Source of the DNA: Bacteriovoracaceae bacterium
GTDB taxonomy: Bacteria; Bdellovibrionota; Bacteriovoracia; Bacteriovoracales; Bacteriovoracaceae
Length of the DNA stretch: 35,601 bases
NCBI GenBank assembly: GCA_018649885.1
Contig: JABIHA010000092.1
Span: 1-35,601, forward strand
Direction: 5' to 3'
Shown here: piece by piece, positions 1-9,709 of the stretch
Position numbering within the stretch: the first letter of the stretch is position 1
Layout: each line of letters starts with the position of its first letter
The notes under the pieces: generated by a model
Seen by the model: the letters and a program-made list of their open reading frames with translations, nothing else
Told to the model about the DNA's origin: nothing
The model's database searches: none
Translations under genes and position numbers: made by a program

Positions 1-48
1 ACGGCGGATGTCCTTAATCATTTTCTCACTCGATACTTTCTTGCTCAT
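1..48 (-). CDS. IS3-family transposase OrfA, N-terminal fragment (not in the ORF track)
   Basis: ATG at 48-46 after a strong RBS translates to MSKKVSSEKMIKDIRR, resembling the 'KDIRRxTRR' N-terminus of a common IS3-family OrfA group. Only 16 codons are visible. Confidence 0.7.
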   Translation of the reverse strand, partial: MSKKVSSEKMIKDIRR

Positions 49-135
49 TACAACCTCCTTAATAAGGAAAAGTTTAGCAGAAAGTACCTCTTAGCTTTTT
101 AACTCTTTTGGTCCACTTTGGGCTGACGTTAAACA
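1..135 (-). mobile_element. Left end of an IS3-family-like insertion sequence (runs off the window)
   Basis: Minus strand from 135 reads TGTTTAACGTCAGCCCAAAGTGGACC (TG terminus), then an AAGGAGG RBS (54-60) and a transposase-like start. The TGTTTAA end supplies the premature stop of the upstream gene. Confidence 0.75.
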
Positions 136-1046
136 GCTAACGCTCCATAAAATAGGGGTTCCAGGATGTCATTAAAGAAATTTGAATAAGTGCCTATATC
201 TTTTTTAAAAAGGCGGCGGAGAAAGTTTTTAGGGCCGGTTCCCCAAAAGGCATCCCGTTCTACTCCGAACCAACCTTTTTTTTGCAGAAAATATAAAAAG
301 ACGATCTGGCCCAAGAGTTTTTTGGTGAAATCTACAGTATCCACACCACTGGTTTTAAAATCCTTTTTAATTTTAGGGTTGTTAGCCACCTGCTCGTCCA
401 AGGCTTCTTTGACCTTCAAAAACAAGCCCCGGTACTGCTCAAAAAACTCTTTGGTTACTACTTCTATGCTAAACAGGTCTTCAATCTCAGCAAGAGCGGG
501 ATTTTCTTCGTCATTTTCTAAAAGTGACAATAATTGAAATTGGGCAGTATGGCTATTTTCATTTTCTCCTACTAAAAAGGAATATCTTCGAGAAGGGGTA
601 AACTCCTCTTTGACCTTCGATTTTCCATGTTTATCTTCAACGAATTTATAGTCCATCTTCACGAAGGAGAACCGCCACTCATTTTCAGACGGAGAAACAA
701 ATGCTATAAGGGAGGCATCACGCAAAACACCACTCCGACCTCCATTCAAATACCATGAGATAAAGTTTCTCTGCATGGCTCTTGCACGATCAAGAGATGT
801 TTCTTTTTTAAGCTGTACTATTAATACGTCTAACCCGCTACCTTCACTATCCTCATAGCTCCCGACATATTCCAAGCTTTCTATATGAGGTTTATAGGAA
901 TCTGGCAAATGGCTTCCTTTAAGAACAGTAGAACCCGATTCATCAATTTTATTCAATAAATTCTTTACAAAATAAATAAAGCGATCCTTAGCAAAAGATC
1001 GCTCAAATGTTTCTCGAATTAGTTTTTTCGCAGGTTCTTTATCCAT
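129..1046 (-). pseudogene. Type IIG/Eco57I-like restriction-modification enzyme, N-terminal part, truncated by IS insertion
   Basis: Motifs RRYSFLVGENENSHTA, FSIEVVTKEFF, KKLLGQIVFLYFLQKKGW and ILEPLFY are typical of the region preceding the N6-MTase domain in type IIG enzymes. No DPxxGSG or NPPY motif is reached before the stop at the IS end. Confidence 0.8.
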
Positions 1047-1047
1047 T

Positions 1048-4000
1048 CTATTCCCCTACTAAATATTCAGATAAAATAACTTCCCTAACACCAGATGAAT
1101 GACCAGAGATTTCCGAAACATGGCTTTCCAGTAATTCAGATGGTATGTTTTTTTGCAATATCCCCACGACCTTTATGGCCAGCCGTGATGGTTCGATAGT
1201 GACACTCAATTCATCAACCAACTCTTTATTAACTTTCTTCATTGTTTGCTTAGGCAAGTCACCTTCTTCCAACTTCACCCTAACCTTCTTTAAATACTCT
1301 TCTTGATCCTCAGTTAACTTCCTCTTATCTTTAATAGCCTTTAGAATCTTTAATATTTTTGCCCCGCTATCCTTGCCACCTTTGGTTTTTGAAATCTCAG
1401 GTGCTTCCTCAGTAGTTGCAAACGTAAATGCATCTTTACTCTTATCGAGAAACGCAAAGAACTCTTTCCCGATAGTTTCTCGTTTAGTAATAGGGTCAGT
1501 AGCCAATACCCTAGCGATTGCCATAAAATCTAGCTCCTCTGGATCGTCTTTTCCCGATAAGTAAAACTTTTCTACTTTCCCTTTTCTGAAGTACGTTATT
1601 AGTTTATTTCCGTCACACTTAAAAGACCTAGCTGTTCGAGACTTTCTTGGAAGCCTCTTAATGTCTGAAAATAAATCAGGGTCTTTATCTCTAATGTCTT
1701 TTATGACCTGTAAGTATTTTAATTGGCTTTCTTCCTCATCATCTTCGCCCAAAATGGTTTTCTTAGATATAAGCTGGTCGAACAATTCAAAAGATTCAAT
1801 ATCTTCACCTTCCGTTAGAAGCCTCGCATCTGACCCTAAAAGGGATATAAATGCTTTTATCTTAGCTTCTGCGGCTGACTTCAGCTTTATTTCATCGTCA
1901 GCCTGTTTTGTAGGGAAGAAATTAAATGAATATATTGTGTCAAATTCTGTATCCACTCTATTAATACGACCAACCCTTTGCATTATTCTGGTTGGGTTCC
2001 AAGGGATATCATAATTAACGACAACATTAGACCTATGTAAATTAACGCCCTCAGCCAACACCTCTGAGGTTATTAAAATCCTATAATCGTTCTTCGGTTC
2101 CCTTGCCTTAGCATCAAAATTAACGATAACCCTGTTTCTGGTCTCAGCACTAGAGCCACCATGATAAGCAAGAATACAGTCTCCAAATTTTTCCTTGAGG
2201 TTTTTTGCCAAATATTCAACCGTTTCCTTGGACTCAGAAAATACTATTATTTTGCTTTTCTTTAGAATCTCATTGGTCTGCAATATTTTAATGAATTCCA
2301 TAAGTTTAGGATCACGATTTACACCTCTCCACAACAATTTTATTTCCCTTAACATTTCCAAATCAGACAACAACCCTTCTTTCAATCCTTCCTCAAAGTC
2401 TTTAGCTGGGAATACTCTTGCCTTATCTTCATCAATTAACTTCTGAATTCTTTCTTCGTCATCATTTTCAAGAAATTCAAAAATCTTAATAGCGTGTTTT
2501 TTGCTTAAATAAACTCTACCCTTTTCCAACTCTGCTATGAATCGTTCGTAAGATGCGATGAACCTGTCTACAGAGTTACGAAATGCATAAAAGCTACTTT
2601 CCAGCCTTTTAACTAACAGGATTTTCATAAAACGCCCCATGTTCTTCTGGGACTGGATTTCTAGTTGGTCAACATCATCACCTTTGTAAAAAAGCATTGG
2701 GGTATATCGAGAGTACTTGAAGTCTCTCGCTATGATTTCTATGGTTCGATTAAATACGCTGTCCTCAACATCATCCAACTGGTAGTAGACTGACACCGGA
2801 TCAGCAACGTCAGGGAATTTAAGACCCTGCTTTTTCAAGTCTTCTCCAAAGTATGTTTCGATCTCATTTCTAGTTCTTCTTACCATTAAATGTTTAAGAA
2901 CTTTCTCTCGAATCTCAATTGAATTTTCTTTTATAGCTTGCATATATTCGTCATGGTCATCCTGTCTATCTAATCCCTTTAAACGCTTTGCAAGTTCTTT
3001 AAAGAATTTGTCGAGATTGGGCAGGTTAGGGATAGTGCTTTTCTTAGAACTCTGAAAGAGCTTTATCTGGCTCATCAAATCAGAGGGAGTATTATTTTGA
3101 GGGGTGGCAGTTACCAAAATTACTCTCTTGCCTCTGCAAATTTGAGCAAGTTTTTCATAGGTAATATTATCTTCGCTTCTAAATCTATGGGCTTCATCAA
3201 TAATTACGTTGTGAAACTTTTCCGTTCCTCTTTTGATTAATTTATCTAACTTTCCTAGCGATTCAAATTCAGCAGGGATTCTAAAATCCATAAATACGTT
3301 AATCCATGATCCTGGATTGTCTTTATCTAGTAGTACAGGAGGAGCAATTACCAAGGTACGCCCATCTATTTGGTTAGCCAGCATCGCAGCCATGAAGGTT
3401 TTTCCTAAACCCACTACATCTGACAAGAACACCCCTCCATATTCTTCTAATATTTTTTTTGCATTTAAAACTGCCTGTTCTTGATACTCCAGCTTCCTAA
3501 AATTAATCGGCTCATATTTATAAAACACCTTGTCTGACTGACCTAGCTCACCCTTAAAATACTCATATAGGAATTTTAGATAAAGCTCGTAAGGGGTTAT
3601 TGTATCATTCAGCCACGTCTTATCATTGATTGTGTTTATATACTGATCTTTTACGTCTACTGCATCCTCCCAAAGATCGTCGAACTTGTTTAAAGCAAAG
3701 TCATAGTCAGATTTATTCTTGAGTTCCACATTAAATTCTAAATTATCAATTAACCCTGATCTCGTAAAATTACTTGATCCTGTTATGACTCTTCCATCGT
3801 CTTTATCATCTTCATGAAAGGTCATGATATATAGCTTTGCGTGTAAATTCTCTGTGGGGTAAGCCTTAATCTCTAGCTTTCCACTTCTCAACCATTCAAT
3901 AAACTTATGAACACCTTCTTCAGCTTGCTCACTATCCTCAGAGTCCTCTAGCTCATCTTTTACTTCATCTGAAAACTTTTCTTTTGTCTCAGCGTGAGAG

Positions 4001-4251
4001 AACTTTAGCTCTTGCTGTTTAATAGGCTTGTTATTTTTCACAGAATCTACCGTATGCTTATTGGTTCCAATGCCAATTAAGATTCTTATTTTCTCTGTAT
4101 TCTCTAATGACTTATAAATGGAATAGAACCCGCTTGTATAGAAATAGCCGACAAGAACATCAAAGTCGCTGGTATCCTTTATAAGAACATTAAACCTGTC
4201 CCTAAGGGTCTTATTAGCTTCATTTGTGATAAAGGTAGTATCAGATGTCAT
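1048..4251 (-). CDS. PLD-like (HKD) nuclease domain fused to SNF2-family helicase, R-M associated
   Basis: N-terminal LVGYFY, LHAKLYIM and ITGSSNFT..G...N.E.N (PLD). Walker A DVVGLGKT, DEAH, TATP, EGVNL and QRVGRINR. Its stop lies 1 nt from the start of the R-M gene. Confidence 0.9.
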   Translation of the reverse strand: MTSDTTFITNEANKTLRDRFNVLIKDTSDFDVLVGYFYTSGFYSIYKSLENTEKIRILIGIGTNKHTVDSVKNNKPIKQQELKFSHAETKEKFSDEVKDELEDSEDSEQAEEGVHKFIEWLRSGKLEIKAYPTENLHAKLYIMTFHEDDKDDGRVITGSSNFTRSGLIDNLEFNVELKNKSDYDFALNKFDDLWEDAVDVKDQYINTINDKTWLNDTITPYELYLKFLYEYFKGELGQSDKVFYKYEPINFRKLEYQEQAVLNAKKILEEYGGVFLSDVVGLGKTFMAAMLANQIDGRTLVIAPPVLLDKDNPGSWINVFMDFRIPAEFESLGKLDKLIKRGTEKFHNVIIDEAHRFRSEDNITYEKLAQICRGKRVILVTATPQNNTPSDLMSQIKLFQSSKKSTIPNLPNLDKFFKELAKRLKGLDRQDDHDEYMQAIKENSIEIREKVLKHLMVRRTRNEIETYFGEDLKKQGLKFPDVADPVSVYYQLDDVEDSVFNRTIEIIARDFKYSRYTPMLFYKGDDVDQLEIQSQKNMGRFMKILLVKRLESSFYAFRNSVDRFIASYERFIAELEKGRVYLSKKHAIKIFEFLENDDEERIQKLIDEDKARVFPAKDFEEGLKEGLLSDLEMLREIKLLWRGVNRDPKLMEFIKILQTNEILKKSKIIVFSESKETVEYLAKNLKEKFGDCILAYHGGSSAETRNRVIVNFDAKAREPKNDYRILITSEVLAEGVNLHRSNVVVNYDIPWNPTRIMQRVGRINRVDTEFDTIYSFNFFPTKQADDEIKLKSAAEAKIKAFISLLGSDARLLTEGEDIESFELFDQLISKKTILGEDDEEESQLKYLQVIKDIRDKDPDLFSDIKRLPRKSRTARSFKCDGNKLITYFRKGKVEKFYLSGKDDPEELDFMAIARVLATDPITKRETIGKEFFAFLDKSKDAFTFATTEEAPEISKTKGGKDSGAKILKILKAIKDKRKLTEDQEEYLKKVRVKLEEGDLPKQTMKKVNKELVDELSVTIEPSRLAIKVVGILQKNIPSELLESHVSEISGHSSGVREVILSEYLVGE

Positions 4252-4262
4252 GTGGATATGAG

Positions 4263-4619
4263 TTAGGTGGTTTTAGGACTAATATCCATCCATTTACAAG
4301 GGACAGATATAGTTTCAAGGTGAAATAAATTGTCTTCAACCCAGACGGTCAGACTCTCTTGATTCTTTTCATAGGACGTTATGTAGGCCATGAGTTTCCA
4401 ATTAACAAATGCACAGCCTCTTCCTCTCCCCTTTGCCTCGATTTCAACTGTCTTTTCATTATAGGTAATCGCTAGAACATCACCTTGGAAGTCAAACGTA
4501 GCCTCATTACTGGCATATTTCAACTTTCGCTTCCTTCTCCTCCCATCTTTCCCAATCTTAATAAAGTCGTCCAACACGTCCATTAGTTTTTGAGCATTTA
4601 CTTGGTAACATACATTCAT
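4263..4619 (-). CDS. Hypothetical protein, possibly a single beta-clamp-like domain
   Basis: 118-aa ORF tightly packed between co-oriented genes. Hydrophobic pattern loosely resembles one DnaN domain (inference). Confidence 0.55.
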   Translation of the reverse strand: MNVCYQVNAQKLMDVLDDFIKIGKDGRRRKRKLKYASNEATFDFQGDVLAITYNEKTVEIEAKGRGRGCAFVNWKLMAYITSYEKNQESLTVWVEDNLFHLETISVPCKWMDISPKTT

Positions 4620-4642
4620 GGGAAATATAAATTGATTAACAG

Positions 4643-5590
4643 TTATTCTTGCTCTATGCCTTCTATGATTGGAAGGAGTTTAACCTTATTGACTTCTTCA
4701 AACTCCCTGCTAATTTCTTCTTTAAGTTTTTGTTGAAAATTTCTCATCTCATCTCGCCAAAGATTATTCTGAAACCATTCATAAAGATCACCTAAAAGTG
4801 CCTCAGAAACAACTGACACAACTTCCCAGTCAACCTTCTTGTCGAAACTGTGGATAGTATAAACAAGCCAATTAGGTGATATTCCTCCAACATAGCCAAC
4901 GTTGTCAACGTTGCCACCGTTTCCATAAGGGCTGTGCAGTAACAATACTGGATACCTAAAAGCTTTCTCGAAATCGGCGTAAAGGTGCTGAAAATATTTC
5001 CCCATCATTTGATCTATCAGTATCCCTATCATCAAGAAACCTCTCATTTGCCTGGGATTATCGGAGCCTTTAATTACCCTTTCTGAAGCACATTGGCAAA
5101 ACCCTCTCCCTTCAGAAAAGACAGTATTCATCAGCCTAAATCTACCATCATACTTTACGGGCACTGTCCAGAACCAATCAATGAGCCCCCTGCATGAGGG
5201 CTGGTCCATAACTACACCACTTCTCTCCCCCTCAGCAGTGGAACTATCAACATTCACCCAAGCCCGGCATTTCTCATTTAATTCATAAATAAAGTCCTCG
5301 TCAGACTTTGATATGGCTTCCTTTCCTAGAGCCGTTAACTTCCACAGCCCCCTAAACTTAGTAATAAAACCAGCCTTTACGCATTTACTAGAATAAGAAT
5401 GTACAGACAGCTTCCATTTAGGCTTTCCTGTGATTCGATTGACTACTAATTGATCTTCACTAAGGTTTAGTTTTGGTTCGACAGCAGATAAAATATCTTT
5501 GTGATAATCCTCCCCACCTGCATTATTGATTTCAATTAAAATAGCTTTGAGAATTTTTCCGATTCGCTCTCTTGGAATTCTTGTAGCCAT
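4643..5590 (-). CDS. Mrr N-terminal winged-helix domain fused to an unrecognised C-terminal domain
   Basis: ILKAILIEI..GGE...KDI....LNLSE...G.PKW...KAGFITK.RGLWKLT.LGK matches the Mrr_N pattern. No Mrr_cat D..QxK motif seen downstream. Confidence 0.7.
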   Translation of the reverse strand: MATRIPRERIGKILKAILIEINNAGGEDYHKDILSAVEPKLNLSEDQLVVNRITGKPKWKLSVHSYSSKCVKAGFITKFRGLWKLTALGKEAISKSDEDFIYELNEKCRAWVNVDSSTAEGERSGVVMDQPSCRGLIDWFWTVPVKYDGRFRLMNTVFSEGRGFCQCASERVIKGSDNPRQMRGFLMIGILIDQMMGKYFQHLYADFEKAFRYPVLLLHSPYGNGGNVDNVGYVGGISPNWLVYTIHSFDKKVDWEVVSVVSEALLGDLYEWFQNNLWRDEMRNFQQKLKEEISREFEEVNKVKLLPIIEGIEQE

Positions 5591-5638
5591 TCTAAATCTC
5601 CGTTCAACGTATAAATTTCTGGTTAGAATAGTTCAAGA

Positions 5639-6436
5639 TCAAAAATCTTCTATATTATCTATTAAACCCACCTCATCCACAAACCTATTCCTATTCCCCT
5701 GAACAGCCTCGATCAAATCGTTTCTTTCAATTTCCCAATCATCTGGCGGGTCGCTTAAATTCCATTGACTCAAGATTTCTTTATACTCACCAGGAATTAA
5801 AACATCATACTGACTGGACATATAGAAATAGGCTCTAGCTATATCTCCTCTTATAGCTTCTGTCGGTTCTGCGATCTTACCTTTACGCCCAAGATTCTTT
5901 CTTAGTTCAAAATCACATTGCCCATACACTCTAGGTTCGTCAGGAATATCTCCAAATGGGTGGTTAGACCGATCTCCGTTGACCTCACCAATTGAAGGAA
6001 ACAAGTTATGCATATCAGCTTGCATCATTTTGAATTTATCTGAAATTCTGGAACAGCATTTCCTTCCTTTATAAGTCTTACCATTTCTCTTGGTACATAG
6101 CTTTTTTTGCCAGCATTGCAGGTTCTTTCCGAAAGCATGGGCTGGCATAACGTGCTCCCACTCCAATCTTCGACTTCTCTTGTTAGTTTGCTTTCTGGGA
6201 ACGTATCCACAAGACAAATGGTCTATATCCTTAGCCTTATTAAAGGAACAACCGCAATAGAGGGTTTGAGTTTGACCGGCATTTAAATAAAGCTTCATGA
6301 GCTTTTTTTTAGATTGGGAGAAACTAGTGCTGGTGGAGGGTTGCAGCGTATCAAATGAGCTTGTCTGAAAACTATATGAAATAGTACTCAGGCTCAAAAA
6401 TCCAATCAAAGTGGTTATTTGGACTATGTTTTTCAT
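5639..6436 (-). CDS. endA: Endonuclease I (EndA/Dns family, secreted His-Me nuclease)
   Basis: Signal-peptide-like N-terminus, TLYCGC, EWEHVMPA, DMHNLFPSIGEVNGDRSN, RGDIARAYFYM, QGNRN and conserved Cys pattern. Confidence 0.93.
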   Translation of the reverse strand: MKNIVQITTLIGFLSLSTISYSFQTSSFDTLQPSTSTSFSQSKKKLMKLYLNAGQTQTLYCGCSFNKAKDIDHLSCGYVPRKQTNKRSRRLEWEHVMPAHAFGKNLQCWQKKLCTKRNGKTYKGRKCCSRISDKFKMMQADMHNLFPSIGEVNGDRSNHPFGDIPDEPRVYGQCDFELRKNLGRKGKIAEPTEAIRGDIARAYFYMSSQYDVLIPGEYKEILSQWNLSDPPDDWEIERNDLIEAVQGNRNRFVDEVGLIDNIEDF

Positions 6437-6516
6437 ATATAATAATATTTTCTCTTACACAATAAGCTTACCCTAAATTTTATAACCTAATTATAAGCTT
6501 TCTATCTTTCTAAATC

Positions 6517-9500
6517 ATGCCACCTCTACCTTTAAGTCCCGGAACTCTTGTGCGACTCATAGCAAATCCCGGTAGAACTGGAGTAACCACAGGACGGAGT
6601 CGGGAGAGAGCAGATCGTATTTACTGGCAAGTAATGTTCCCTGATGGCTCTGAATGGGCACTCGAAAGTCAAATAGAGGAAATACCAGATACCGAAGACC
6701 CTATAGACCAATTAGAAACAGGAAGGCTAGGACGAATCATAGATTTACGCAGGAATTTGACCTTTATTAGGTTAAATGGTCAATTAGCAAATCTAATATA
6801 TAGCATGGACACAACCAATACGGACTTTTATCCACATCAATTTAAACCAGTCCTAGATTTTCTAAACTCTCCAAGCAATGGAATTTTAATAGCAGATGAG
6901 GTTGGTCTGGGAAAAACAATTGAAGCTGGCTTAATATGGACAGAACTAAGAAGTAGGTTTGATTTTCGCCGCTTAATGGTTTTGTGCCCAGCCATGCTTA
7001 GAGAAAAATGGCAATTTGAATTAAAAAATAAATTTGGAATTTCTGGAGAGATTTTAGACGCCAAAGAAGCTCTGAAACAATTTAAAGAATCCATAAGTGG
7101 TCAACGAAATGAATTATCTATCATAGCAAGCTTTCAGGGCTTGAGACCTCGAAGAGGATGGAACGAAGATGACTCAGATAATAATGACAATGCATCGAAA
7201 CTAGCTCGATTTATAGATGAGGTGGCATATGAAAATCCTCTATTAGATTTATTAATTATTGATGAAGCCCATTATTTGAGAAATCCTGAAAGTATGACGT
7301 CAAAGTTAGGGCGGCTATTAAGGCAGGTAGCTGAAAATATAACTTTATTATCAGCAACTCCTATTCAACTGAGAAGCAGAGACCTTTATCAACTGCTAAA
7401 CTTGGTTGACCAAAGCACATTCAATGAGCCAACTTCATTTGATGAAATTCTTCAAGCTAACCGACCGTTGATAATGGCCAGAGATATGGTTTTAAGAGGG
7501 TGGGTATCGAATGAGGCTGAAGGAAGGCAACAAATTAGTCAGCAAGATTTATTATCCACCCTTAGAGACGCACAATCCCACTCTCTTTTACAAGATAATC
7601 GACAACTTAAACACTTACTTGAAAATCCTCCTACAGACGATGAGCTAACCAATAATGAATACCGGGCTTATTTAGCCAATAGACTTGAAAACGTAAACTT
7701 ATTAGGTCATGCCGTTACTAGAACTAGAAAAAGGGACGTTGTTTCTTTGCGAGTTCGCAGGGATGTTATTCCAGAGGAAATTCCTCTATCAGAACCAGAG
7801 GAAAAGTTTTATGAAAAGGTAACCAATTTAGTTCGTGAATTTAGCCTCAGTCATGGGGTGCATGAAGGTTTTTTATTAGTTACACCTCAAAGGCAAATGT
7901 CCAGCTGCATGGCCGCCTCTCTAGAGCAGTGGGAAAAGACACGAAAAGAAATTATTTCAGAGAACGCCTATGACGAACAAGCATACGAGGACCTTGGGAT
8001 AATTAAAACTCCATCTAAAACCTTTGGGCCGTTGACAAGTATGCTGATAAACGAAGCTTCCAATATGGGAGATTTGAATGAACTGACAACACATGATAGT
8101 AAATTTAATCGTCTTAGAAATATTTTAAGAGATTATTTAAATAGAAACCCTAATGAAAAGATTGTGCTATTCGCCTACTTCCGCCCAACCCTTCGCTACC
8201 TGAAGAAACGGTTAAATGAGGAAGGAATTGAGTCAATCACCCTCATGGGTGGCGATGCCAATAAAGGAGAAATATTACGAAACTTTCAAGACCCTAGTGG
8301 TCCCAAAGTTCTCCTATCGTCAGAGGTGGCAAGCGAAGGTATTGACCTACAGTTTTCTAAGTTTTTAATTAATTATGACTTGCCTTGGAATCCTATGAAA
8401 GTGGAACAGCGAATAGGACGCATAGACAGGTTAGGTCAAGATTCTCCCAATATAAAAATATGGAATCTGTTTTATCAAAATACGATAGATTCGAGAATAT
8501 ACACAAGACTATATGACCGTCTAAGATTGTTTGAGAATACTTTGGGTGACCTAGAAGAAGTCTTGGGTGATGAGATTCAAAAGCTAACCTCTGATCTTTT
8601 AACTCATCACTTAACATCAGAGCAAGAAATTGAAAGAATAGAACAGTCCGCCCAAGCAATAGCAAACCTAAGAAACCGTGAAGAAGTTCTGGAGGGTGAA
8701 GCTGGAAACTTAATAGCACATGGAGATTACATCCTAAACCAAGTCAAAGCTTCAAGGGAGCTAGAAAGATGCATAACGGGAGAAGATATCTGGGTTTACA
8801 TAAAGGACTTTTTTGATGAAAATTATACAGGTAGCGAATTTATTAGAGTAACAGACGGTGAGTTATTATTTGATGTCAGACTTTCAGAAGAGGCAAAAAT
8901 TAAATTTGAAGAATTTGTTCAATCAAATGGAATGTTGAGCCAAACCAATTTGGCATCGACTCATACGAGAGCAATTCGGTGCAGATTTGCAAACAAGGTT
9001 GCCGGTTTTACTGATAAAACAGTAGAGGTGATTAATCAGTTTCATCCTTTAGTAAGATTTTCGAGTCATAAAATAAAGGAGTTTGGGCCATCCTATTACC
9101 ATAAAACAGTTGGCGTCAAGTTGCCATCATCAGAGCTTCCGGGATTTCCTATAGGTGTATATGTATTTTTTGTAGACCTTTGGTCACTTCAAGGAGTCCG
9201 AAGTATTGAAAGACTTAATTTTGTCGTTAAGCCATATAATCACGGCAACTTTATTTTAGAGGACAAGGCAGAGCAACTAGTGACAACAACAGCAAGGAAG
9301 GGTATAGATTGGATTGGAGCTGAAAATTTCGTTGATATAGATTCAATTATGAGCACTGCTAACGATTGCATATCCAAGTCTGAGGAAATGTACAATAAGT
9401 ACGTTCAAGAAATAGCGGATGAAAATAACGACAGGGCTGACCTTCAAGAAAAATCAATAAAAAACCATTTGGCACGAAGCTTAGATAGCTTGAACAATGT

Positions 9501-9678
9501 ATTGCAAGGACATAGAACAAGGGGTCGGGAAGCTCTAGTCAGAGCTACTGAAGGCAGAATAACTGCTTTAATAAATAGAGTTGACCGACAAATACTGAGA
9601 ATTAATGATGGCCGAGAATTAAAGCATCATAAACTAACTTCCTGCTTAGGTATAATTAGCTTGGAAGACTTTAGCTAA
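6517..9678 (+). CDS. SNF2/RapA-like helicase
   Basis: YPHQ, ADEVGLGKTIEAG, IIDEAH, LSATP, RTRKRDV, SEGIDLQF, NYDLPWNP and EQRIGRIDRLGQ. Confidence 0.92.
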   Translation: MPPLPLSPGTLVRLIANPGRTGVTTGRSRERADRIYWQVMFPDGSEWALESQIEEIPDTEDPIDQLETGRLGRIIDLRRNLTFIRLNGQLANLIYSMDTTNTDFYPHQFKPVLDFLNSPSNGILIADEVGLGKTIEAGLIWTELRSRFDFRRLMVLCPAMLREKWQFELKNKFGISGEILDAKEALKQFKESISGQRNELSIIASFQGLRPRRGWNEDDSDNNDNASKLARFIDEVAYENPLLDLLIIDEAHYLRNPESMTSKLGRLLRQVAENITLLSATPIQLRSRDLYQLLNLVDQSTFNEPTSFDEILQANRPLIMARDMVLRGWVSNEAEGRQQISQQDLLSTLRDAQSHSLLQDNRQLKHLLENPPTDDELTNNEYRAYLANRLENVNLLGHAVTRTRKRDVVSLRVRRDVIPEEIPLSEPEEKFYEKVTNLVREFSLSHGVHEGFLLVTPQRQMSSCMAASLEQWEKTRKEIISENAYDEQAYEDLGIIKTPSKTFGPLTSMLINEASNMGDLNELTTHDSKFNRLRNILRDYLNRNPNEKIVLFAYFRPTLRYLKKRLNEEGIESITLMGGDANKGEILRNFQDPSGPKVLLSSEVASEGIDLQFSKFLINYDLPWNPMKVEQRIGRIDRLGQDSPNIKIWNLFYQNTIDSRIYTRLYDRLRLFENTLGDLEEVLGDEIQKLTSDLLTHHLTSEQEIERIEQSAQAIANLRNREEVLEGEAGNLIAHGDYILNQVKASRELERCITGEDIWVYIKDFFDENYTGSEFIRVTDGELLFDVRLSEEAKIKFEEFVQSNGMLSQTNLASTHTRAIRCRFANKVAGFTDKTVEVINQFHPLVRFSSHKIKEFGPSYYHKTVGVKLPSSELPGFPIGVYVFFVDLWSLQGVRSIERLNFVVKPYNHGNFILEDKAEQLVTTTARKGIDWIGAENFVDIDSIMSTANDCISKSEEMYNKYVQEIADENNDRADLQEKSIKNHLARSLDSLNNVLQGHRTRGREALVRATEGRITALINRVDRQILRINDGRELKHHKLTSCLGIISLEDFS

Positions 9679-9709
9679 TTCAAATTAGTATTACTTGGTT
9701 TTTTAAATT

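Noticed and set aside
190..3484. Plus-strand ORFs 190-537, 1373-1564, 1661-2014, 2195-2446 and 3233-3484
   Set aside because: Antisense shadows of the long motif-bearing minus-strand genes; Ser/Phe/Leu-rich with no motifs.
8026..8033. GGGCCGTT match to the tRNA-Lys 5' end as a possible att site
   Set aside because: Only 8 bp and inside the intact helicase CDS; expected by chance.
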